DNA of 33,093 bases from an uncultured Candidatus Bathyarchaeia archaeon. Its GTDB lineage: Archaea; Thermoproteota; Bathyarchaeia; Bathyarchaeales; DTEX01. Made by a program: the position numbers and the translations under genes. The DNA is taken from the NCBI GenBank assembly GCA_964430035.1, contig CAYSEL010000010.1, forward strand, positions 1-33,093. The letters are read 5' to 3'. The notes below the pieces were generated by a model. That model made no database searches, was not told where the DNA came from, and worked only from the letters and a program-made list of their open reading frames with translations. The stretch's first letter is position 1, and each line of letters starts with the position of its first letter. Shown piece by piece: positions 9,449 to 15,479 of this stretch.

Positions 9449-10624
9449 TTGAGGGTACTCGTTATGGTTCCTGGACCGACCAACGTCCCAGACCGTGTGA
9501 TGAGAGCTATGCTTAGACCGATGATAGATCATAGAAGTCCACTGTTCAAAGATCTCTATGAGTCTTTGGATGAGAATATGAAGTATCTTTTCCAAACTGG
9601 AGGCGATGTCTATGCATTAACATCCTCAGGAACTGGGGGGGTGGAGTGCGCAGTTGGGAATTCAGTCAACCGAGGCGACAAGGTTTTAGTTCCAGTCTTT
9701 GGTCTTTTCAGTGAGAGACTTAGAGAAGCGATTATCCGTAGGGGAGGCCAGCCTGTTGACTTACCTTTAAGGTGGGGTTCCGCGCCTGAGGCTGAGCAGA
9801 TAGAAAATATTGTTGAGAATGAGAAAGGAATTAAAGCTATTGCTATCGTCTATAATGAGACCTCTACGGGGGTTAAGGTGCGTGATCTTCCTAAGATCGG
9901 CGAGATAGCTAATGAGAATAATATGCTCTTAATCGTTGATGCAGTCTCAATTCTGGGCGGAGACTATCTCCCCGTTGATAAGTGGAAGGTTGACATCTGT
10001 GTGGCGGCAAGCCAAAAATGCATAGCATGCCCGCCTGGGTTATCCCTGGTCTCAGTGAGCAAAAAAGCTTGGGAGTTCGTAGAGAAAACTAATGGTAGAC
10101 CATACTATTTTGATCTGGTTGAGATGCGTAAGTTCAGTGAGAGAAAGGAGACACCGTTCACGCCTGCACTACCCCTCTTCTACGCTTTGGATGAAGCTTT
10201 GAGGATGCTCCGTGAGGAGGGTCTAGAAAATAGGTTCAAGAGGCATAAGGTGTGCAGTGAAGCATTCTATGGCGCTATTGATGCTTTAGGTCTTAAGCCT
10301 TTTCCCGACGAGAAGGTTCGTTCACCAACTGTGATCGCCTTCAATAATCCTGAAGGCATGGACAACGCTGAGGTTCGGAGAATAATGAGGGAAAAATACG
10401 GTGTTATGATAGCGGGGGGAGCGGGCAAACTTAGAGACAAAATATTTCGCATAGGATGTATGGGAATAATTTCAGAAGCGGAGACTCTGGTCACAATAAA
10501 TGCACTTGAAAATGCCTTAGCCGAAAAGGGGCACTCGGTGAAGAAAGGAGCATCAATAGAGTCCGCTCGCGAAAAGCTCCGACTCTTAGGTTCACAGTCC
10601 AACATACTCAATGAATTGAAGTAA
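9449..10624 (+). CDS. Class V pyridoxal-phosphate aminotransferase (serine-pyruvate/alanine-glyoxylate aminotransferase type).
   Basis: 391 aa. N-terminal MVPGPTNVPDRV, NETSTGV, IVDAVS and SQKC (PLP-lysine context) fit the class V fold. The TTG start lies 5 nt after a GAGGGTGA SD. Confidence 0.85.
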   Translation: MRVLVMVPGPTNVPDRVMRAMLRPMIDHRSPLFKDLYESLDENMKYLFQTGGDVYALTSSGTGGVECAVGNSVNRGDKVLVPVFGLFSERLREAIIRRGGQPVDLPLRWGSAPEAEQIENIVENEKGIKAIAIVYNETSTGVKVRDLPKIGEIANENNMLLIVDAVSILGGDYLPVDKWKVDICVAASQKCIACPPGLSLVSVSKKAWEFVEKTNGRPYYFDLVEMRKFSERKETPFTPALPLFYALDEALRMLREEGLENRFKRHKVCSEAFYGAIDALGLKPFPDEKVRSPTVIAFNNPEGMDNAEVRRIMREKYGVMIAGGAGKLRDKIFRIGCMGIISEAETLVTINALENALAEKGHSVKKGASIESAREKLRLLGSQSNILNELK

Positions 10625-10652
10625 CTTGTTATGTTCGCCGGGAGATGCGTGG

Positions 10653-11279
10653 ATGATCCTCAGATGTGTGACTGGCGGACCTTTGGAAACAAACTGTTAC
10701 ATTGTCGGGTGTGACGAAACCTTTGAAGCGCTTGTCATCGATCCTGGTCTTACGGAGACCGAATGTAAAGAGGTTCTCCGCAAAATCTCTAAGCTTAACC
10801 TCCAAATCAAATACATAGTCAACACGCATGGTCACCCTGACCACATCCTCTTAAACGGTATGATAAAAGACTTGACGGGAGCTAAGGTTCTCGTGCATGA
10901 AGAAGACGCTCATCTACTTAAGGAGCCTTGGACTTTTCCCTTTGAAATAGGACAGGTTCAGCCAGTTGAGCCAGACGGTCTTCTACGAGATGGCGACATC
11001 ATAAAAATCGGAATTTTGGAATTCACGGTCATACATACGCCTGGGCATACGAAAGGAAGTGTCTCGCTTTACTGTGAGAGTGAGAATGTAGTTTTTACAG
11101 GGGACACCCTATTCTACGGTTCCATTGGAAGAACGGATCTTCCGGGAGGCTCCATAAAGGACATCAAGGCATCGCTTAGGGATAAGATTATGAAGCTTCC
11201 TGACCGAACAATAGTATATCCCGGACATGGTGCAAAGACAACAGTAAGTAGGGAGAAGCGTTTTAACCCATTTCTCTGA
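10653..11279 (+). CDS. MBL-fold metallo-hydrolase (glyoxalase II-like).
   Basis: HxHxDH motif present as NTHGHPDH, followed by HTPGHT, GDTLF and GRTDLPGG. I prefer the ATG at 10653 (preceded by GGGAG) to the TTG at 10626 given in the ORF track. Confidence 0.85.
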   Translation: MILRCVTGGPLETNCYIVGCDETFEALVIDPGLTETECKEVLRKISKLNLQIKYIVNTHGHPDHILLNGMIKDLTGAKVLVHEEDAHLLKEPWTFPFEIGQVQPVEPDGLLRDGDIIKIGILEFTVIHTPGHTKGSVSLYCESENVVFTGDTLFYGSIGRTDLPGGSIKDIKASLRDKIMKLPDRTIVYPGHGAKTTVSREKRFNPFL

Positions 11280-11335
11280 TGCCTAGGCTTAGATGTGGGA
11301 GGGTTCAAATCTCGGCGTAGATGTCTCCGTTCTTC

Positions 11336-12027
11336 TCAATTTTTAGATTTTTCTTCTTTTGATACTCCTTCGGCAACCCCTTGAAATGTTGAGGCTGAAG
11401 GGCAAAGATTAATGAGGACGCATTCGCTGCATCTTGGTTTCTTTGCAGCGCAGACTCTCCTCCCATGAAAGATGAGTAGGTCGGTGAACCTCGCCCACTT
11501 CTCCCTTGGGACAGCTCCATGAGATCTTTTTCTATTTTATCTTGAACCTTACTCTTCGTGAGCCCTAACCGCTCAGCCAACCTCCTAACATGAGTGTCGA
11601 CGGCTATTCCCTCAATTATTCCGTAGGCGTTGGAAAGCACAATGTTAGCTGTCTTCCGTGCAATCCCAGGAAGCATCAGAAGCTCATTCATCGTCCTCGG
11701 AACTTCGGAACCAAACTTTTCAACAAGCATCTGGCAAGCATTCTTTAAATTTCTGGCTTTGTTCTTATAGAAGCCTGTTTGTCTTATGTCATTCTCAAGT
11801 GTTTCCAGGTCAGCTTTTGCATAGTCTTCAGCGGTGCGGTACTTCTTGAATAGACTTTTTGTTACTTCGTTTACTCTCTCGTCTGTGCATTGGGCTGAAA
11901 GCATAGTTGCAACTAGCAACTCAAGCGGATTACTATACCTTAAAGCTATCTTAGCATCCGGATGCTCCTTCTCTAGGAGATCAATTATTTGGATGACCTT
12001 TTCCTTTACGTCCAAATTTTCTTCCAC
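11336..12027 (-). pseudogene. nth: Endonuclease III (Nth) interrupted by a 1-nt frameshift near 11512. The HhH-GPD domain and the [4Fe-4S] cluster loop are in different frames.
   Basis: The track ORF (11305..12027) has normal EndoIII sequence up to ...VDTHVRRLAERLGLT...IEKDLMEL, then turns into nonsense (SQGRSGRGSPTYSS...). My translation of the adjacent frame from about 11512 gives VPREKWARFTDLLIFHGRRVCAAKKPRCSECVLINLCPSAS..., which is the canonical C-x6-C-x2-C-x5-C Fe-S loop, with a stop at 11338..11336. The junction CTG|TCCCA would be restored by one extra G (CTG GTC CCA). Confidence 0.85.
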
Positions 12028-12164
12028 CGCTCCAAATTATCAAAATATAGACTTGCTATTTATAATCAGTTTTTCTCTAGCAGTTTTTCAACCTTTCCAT
12101 TTAGACACCTTCTTATGTAGTTAATGATTATGACAGAAGGAAAGATTCGAATAGAATCAAGGTT

Positions 12165-12497
12165 TCAGTAAAATTCAAGTCTCCAGACAGGGCAGATGAT
12201 GAGCAAATCATCCCTTCCAAACTCTTTAATAATGAACTGCTTCACATCTTCGTCTCGGACGTATTCTTCTCCATTCGAATGCTTCACCACAGGAATCTCG
12301 GTCTGCTTGAGCTTTTTTCCAGCAGCAAAATCAATGAAGACATATTGCTTTTCCCCATGTGGAAACATAAGTCTTAAACCTACAGGCGGCTTAGAAAGGG
12401 GCGACCTCTGCATGTTATAGACGATGCTCTTTGGGTGATGCAGAATTGCAAGCTTCTTGAAATCCTCCCATTTCTTGACTCGAATAATCTCCCCCAT
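12165..12497 (-). CDS. Hypothetical protein (110 aa), function unknown.
   Basis: Clean ORF with protein-like composition. I recognise no motif. The overlapping + strand ORF (12196..12420) has Ser/Cys/Phe-rich antisense-type composition. Confidence 0.5.
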   Translation of the reverse strand: MGEIIRVKKWEDFKKLAILHHPKSIVYNMQRSPLSKPPVGLRLMFPHGEKQYVFIDFAAGKKLKQTEIPVVKHSNGEEYVRDEDVKQFIIKEFGRDDLLIICPVWRLEFY

Positions 12498-12568
12498 GTG
12501 GAAAACACCCTTTAAAGGTCTATCTTGACATATTTTTTTCTTCCTTCAGCATTTTCTGCTTTCTTTAG

Positions 12569-12850
12569 TCAAAGTTTCTTAGATCTAAAGGGTTTGCAAT
12601 GACTTTCTTCTATAGTTCTTGTTAAATCTATCATAATATCCTCTATGTCAGCTATTGTTTTTTCGTCTTTCTTCGTATCTGTCGCCAGTAAGTCTTTCAT
12701 AAATGATTCAATTTCGTCTTTAAGCGACAGAAGGTCAATATTGCTATCTTTTCGCTTAGCATCCAAGTATTTTTTCAGTATCTCTTCAAAATGTGCTTCC
12801 ATAGTTTTCAGCCAAGACCTCAGTTTTAACGCCAACCAATTTTTGCTCAT
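12569..12850 (-). CDS. Hypothetical helical protein (93 aa), abutting the arsR stop and apparently translationally coupled to it.
   Basis: Its start at 12850 directly abuts the end of arsR at 12851. The sequence is charged and helix-prone (EEILKKYLDAKRK...EIESFMKDLL...). No motif recognised. Confidence 0.5.
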   Translation of the reverse strand: MSKNWLALKLRSWLKTMEAHFEEILKKYLDAKRKDSNIDLLSLKDEIESFMKDLLATDTKKDEKTIADIEDIMIDLTRTIEESHCKPFRSKKL

Positions 12851-13279
12851 CTATTTTTTTACATAGATGCGAGATATGACTTGTTGAAGGCATCTTACAG
12901 TCTCATTTTCTGCAATGTTGTAGAAGATCCATTTTCCTTCACGTCTCTCCTCTATCAGCCCCATATTCCTAAGTATACTTAGATGGTGAGAGACTGTCGG
13001 TTGCGTAGCTTTCAAGATGGCTGTTAACTCGCAAACGCACATGCTGCGGACCTCTAAAAGTTTCAAGATCGTTAACCTTGTTGGATGGGACAATGCTTTA
13101 AGAACTTCACTCGCTTGCTTGATCTCTCCTCTAACTCTTGCAATATGTCCAGTCAAATTCTCTATTTCTTTTCTAAGTTGAGTCTTGTCTTTTGAATCAG
13201 GACTAGACTGAATTAATCTTTCCAGACGCGCGGTTAAAAAGTTGTTTGCGCACATGGAAAAAACCCTCAAGTTTGTCAC
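12851..13279 (-). CDS. arsR: ArsR/SmtB-family metalloregulator with an alpha-3 CVC site and an unusually long N-terminal extension.
   Basis: LKALSHPTRLTILKLLEVRSMCVCELTAILKATQPTVSHHLSILRNMGLIEERREGKWIFY is a textbook ArsR winged HTH that includes the ELCVC-type metalloid-binding motif. The track start is a GTG at 13279. An ATG at 13255 preceded by GAGGG is an alternative start. Confidence 0.9.
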   Translation of the reverse strand: MTNLRVFSMCANNFLTARLERLIQSSPDSKDKTQLRKEIENLTGHIARVRGEIKQASEVLKALSHPTRLTILKLLEVRSMCVCELTAILKATQPTVSHHLSILRNMGLIEERREGKWIFYNIAENETVRCLQQVISRIYVKK

Positions 13280-13301
13280 AACAGATGAATAAAATCAATA
13301 G

Positions 13302-13309
13302 ATTTAAAT
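13302..13309. promoter_or_regulatory. Palindromic TATA-like element ATTTAAAT in the divergent arsR/operon intergenic region.
   Basis: This is the only strong AT-rich box between the arsR start (13255/13279) and the first operon gene (ATG 13354). It lies about 25-50 nt from both starts, so it could serve either direction. Confidence 0.3.
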
Positions 13310-13353
13310 ATTTCGATTTCAACCTTTTACAATCCAAACATAAGGTGATCAAT

Positions 13354-13524
13354 ATGTCGAGATGCGAGGTGTGTGGTAAGAGCGATGTCAGCTTACTATA
13401 CGCTGAACATAAGGATTTTGGCAGACTCATCAAACTTTGTCCAGACTGCTGGCGAGATGCCTACGCTGAAAATCGTTTAGTTTCAGGTTCAGGCAGCTCC
13501 GGCGGGTGTTCATGCGGCGGATGA
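13354..13524 (+). CDS. Small zinc-ribbon protein (56 aa) with a Gly/Ser-rich tail ending CSCGG.
   Basis: MSRCEVCGK...(22 aa)...CPDCW forms a CxxC...CxxC ribbon, followed by VSGSGSSGGCSCGG and a stop. AAGGTGAT lies 5 nt upstream of ATG 13354. The upstream part of the track ORF (13246..13353) overlaps arsR and the promoter and is rejected. Confidence 0.6.
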   Translation: MSRCEVCGKSDVSLLYAEHKDFGRLIKLCPDCWRDAYAENRLVSGSGSSGGCSCGG

Positions 13525-13547
13525 ACGATTAGGAAGAGGGAGAACAT

Positions 13548-13925
13548 ATGACTGGAAAACCTAGGTTTATAATGTGCTTCTGCACAGGTGAGTGCCCAGG
13601 TTTTGCGAAGCTAGATTTGTGGAAACTGATAAACTTTGTTAGAAACGAGCTAGATGTGGAATACGCCATTATACATCCGCAGCTATGCGTTACAGATGGA
13701 GACAACTTTTGGAGGGACTACTTAAAGGAGGACAGCGTGGACACTATGTATATCGTTGGAGGATGCGACCCAAGGATGCAAAGGAAGATGTTCAAGGATG
13801 CTTTTGCGGCGAAAGGTTTAGACTTTGACAGGCAAGTGGTCTCGCTTGACTTGAGGAACATGGTGACGGAAGAAGCAATGAAAAAAGTTGCAGAGACAGT
13901 TGAAAAGATGGTGAATCCCGCCTAG
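13548..13925 (+). CDS. MvhD/FlpD-like iron-sulfur protein (HdrA/MvhD-related electron-transfer module).
   Basis: 125 aa. The Cys pattern FIMCFCTGEC...(30 aa)...QLC...(25 aa)...GGCDP parallels the MvhD pattern F.CNWC...MCSGR...GGCHPGDC as I remember it. The assignment is by pattern only. Confidence 0.45.
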   Translation: MTGKPRFIMCFCTGECPGFAKLDLWKLINFVRNELDVEYAIIHPQLCVTDGDNFWRDYLKEDSVDTMYIVGGCDPRMQRKMFKDAFAAKGLDFDRQVVSLDLRNMVTEEAMKKVAETVEKMVNPA

Positions 13926-13974
13926 GAACTACAAAGACAGAAGTGCCGAACTTGATGTTAAAGGTGCAAAGGAA

Positions 13975-14256
13975 ATGGCTGAAAAAACGTACCTAGGTTT
14001 GCCTAGAAATGAGATAGACTGGTCCCCTAGGATAAACTATGAGCTCTGCATCAACTGTGGAGTCTGCCTTGAAAAATGCGACCACAAGGTCTACGCGAAA
14101 GATGGAGAAAAGGTTATAGTTGCTCAGCCCTATGAGTGCGTTGTTGGCTGCGAATCTTGTAGACATCGTTGTCCAACTGGAGCAATAAGCTTCCCGACTA
14201 GGGACGATTTGAAGTTGATGCTGAGAGCGTTGAGGAAAAAGTATGGTTATGGATAA
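13975..14256 (+). CDS. Dicluster [4Fe-4S] ferredoxin-domain protein.
   Basis: 93 aa. CINCGVCLEKC (CxxCxxCxxxC) plus CVVGCESCRHRCP (C-x3-C-x2-C-x3-CP). Confidence 0.8.
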   Translation: MAEKTYLGLPRNEIDWSPRINYELCINCGVCLEKCDHKVYAKDGEKVIVAQPYECVVGCESCRHRCPTGAISFPTRDDLKLMLRALRKKYGYG

Positions 14257-14287
14257 AACTATAGATGAAGTTTTTGGGGTGATTAGA

Positions 14288-14473
14288 ATGTGTGAATTTG
14301 ATCTGGTCGTTGATGGGAAGGTTGTCTTTAGAGAGGTAATCTATGCAGAGGCTGAAGATGGCAAGGTAGTAGTGAAAGACGTTACTAAAGAATCAAGAGA
14401 GTATCCAAATACTAGAATTGTGAAAGTTGATGTGAATCTGAGACGTTTGGTTCTTTCATCCATCTCATCTTAA
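14288..14473 (+). CDS. CooT-like small beta-barrel protein (putative metal-binding; N-terminal Met-Cys).
   Basis: 61 aa starting MCEFDLVVDGKVVFREVIYAEAEDGKVVVKDV....R...VDVNLRRLVL. The size, Cys2 and the alternating beta pattern resemble CooT (PF10133). GGGGTGA lies 6 nt upstream of ATG 14288. The track start at 14243 overlaps the ferredoxin gene and is rejected. Confidence 0.5.
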   Translation: MCEFDLVVDGKVVFREVIYAEAEDGKVVVKDVTKESREYPNTRIVKVDVNLRRLVLSSISS

Positions 14474-14515
14474 TAAAACTCGGCAAAACCTGAACAAATA
14501 AAGAGGTGAAATTAG

Positions 14516-14791
14516 ATGATTGTTGAGGTCTTAGGACCTGAACCTCCATGCGTACGTTGCCAGAAAACTTTGGAGGTCGTAAATAAGGCGGTGGAAGAGC
14601 TTAATCTTAATTGTGAGGTTAAAAAGGTCGATGCCTACGCCAAATCAACGATAGAGAAGTATGGGCTTGTTTTTACCCCAGCTGTTGCGATAGACGGGAA
14701 ACTCTTCATCGCTGGTAGGATTCCAAGTCTAGACGAGGTAAAACGCGTCTTGAAAGCACGCGTCCCCTCCAAAGACCAAAGCACCAAATAA
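14516..14791 (+). CDS. Small thioredoxin-fold redox-active disulfide protein (Thioredoxin_3 / redox_disulf_2 type), CVRC motif.
   Basis: 91 aa. The sequence is VEVLGPEPPCVRCQKT...VKKVD....I.KYG.V.TPAVAIDGKLFIAGRIPSLDEVKRVL. GAGGTGA SD upstream. Confidence 0.8.
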   Translation: MIVEVLGPEPPCVRCQKTLEVVNKAVEELNLNCEVKKVDAYAKSTIEKYGLVFTPAVAIDGKLFIAGRIPSLDEVKRVLKARVPSKDQSTK

Positions 14792-14807
14792 CACCAGGTG
14801 ATTACAA

Positions 14808-15182
14808 ATGTTGAAAGAAAAAGTTAGAATTGAAATATGCGAGACTGACCCATTCATCGGATGTTGTGGTCCAGGAAGAGCCTCATTAAAGGCGGCTGCA
14901 GAGCTACGTAACACGCTTATCGAGAGGAATGAGACTGTTAAGGCGCTTAGGGAAGAGTTTAAGGGAGAGATTGAAATCGAGAGGCAGATTATAAGCAGAA
15001 GAAGAGGTTATAATATGTACCCGCCGCACATTCGTGAGCTACTTCAAGCTCAAACTCCGCTTCCCTTCATCCTTGTAAACGGTCAACTTGTATCACAGGG
15101 GAAGTTTCCATCCTTGGAAGAGTTTAGACAACTAATCAAAGGTTTCATTAAGAGATCTACCGAGTTGATTTCCAACTGTTAG
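14808..15182 (+). CDS. ArsD-like thioredoxin-fold metallochaperone homolog (GCCGPG motif).
   Basis: 124 aa. IEICETDPFIGCCGPG resembles ArsD VFDPAMCCSTGVCG. The C-terminal LPFILVNGQLVSQGKFPSLEEFRQLI resembles ArsD LPLLLLDGETVMAGRYPKRAELARW. AGGTGA SD upstream. Confidence 0.55.
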   Translation: MLKEKVRIEICETDPFIGCCGPGRASLKAAAELRNTLIERNETVKALREEFKGEIEIERQIISRRRGYNMYPPHIRELLQAQTPLPFILVNGQLVSQGKFPSLEEFRQLIKGFIKRSTELISNC

Positions 15183-15195
15183 AGGTGATGATAAA

Positions 15196-15468
15196 TTGAA
15201 GAGAGTGGTTGCCGAAGTGATTGGTCCAAATCCTCCCTGCCAAAGATGCATTTCCCTAAAGGCGAATGTAGAGGTTGCCGCTGAGGTTCTCAAGGCTGAA
15301 GGGATTGAAGTTGAGATAAAAAGGTTAGACATTATGTCAAAGGAAGTACTATCGAAATATGGCTTACTCCTTTCTCCAGCCTTGGCGGTGAATGGAACAG
15401 TTAAGACGATGGGTTGGGTTCCAGACAACGCAACTATTGAGAAAATCTTGAAGGAGTCGGTTAAATAG
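15196..15468 (+). CDS. Second small thioredoxin-fold redox-active disulfide protein (Thioredoxin_3 type), CQRC motif.
   Basis: 90 aa. The sequence is AEVIGPNPPCQRCISL...IKRLD......KYGLLLSPALAVNGTVKTMGWVPDNATIEKIL. It is a paralog of 14516..14791. TTG start 5 nt after AGGTGA. Confidence 0.8.
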   Translation: MKRVVAEVIGPNPPCQRCISLKANVEVAAEVLKAEGIEVEIKRLDIMSKEVLSKYGLLLSPALAVNGTVKTMGWVPDNATIEKILKESVK

Positions 15469-15479
15469 CAAATTTCTCG

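Noticed and set aside
13246-13353. N-terminal 36 codons of track ORF 13246..13524.
   Set aside because: This part overlaps the arsR 5' end and the divergent promoter, has no SD, and is not needed. An AAGGTGAT SD precedes the internal ATG at 13354, where the zinc ribbon begins.
14243-14287. Upstream extension of the CooT-like ORF, overlapping the ferredoxin stop.
   Set aside because: GGGGTGA lies 6 nt before ATG 14288, which gives the family-typical Met-Cys N-terminus. The extension overlaps the preceding gene by 14 nt.
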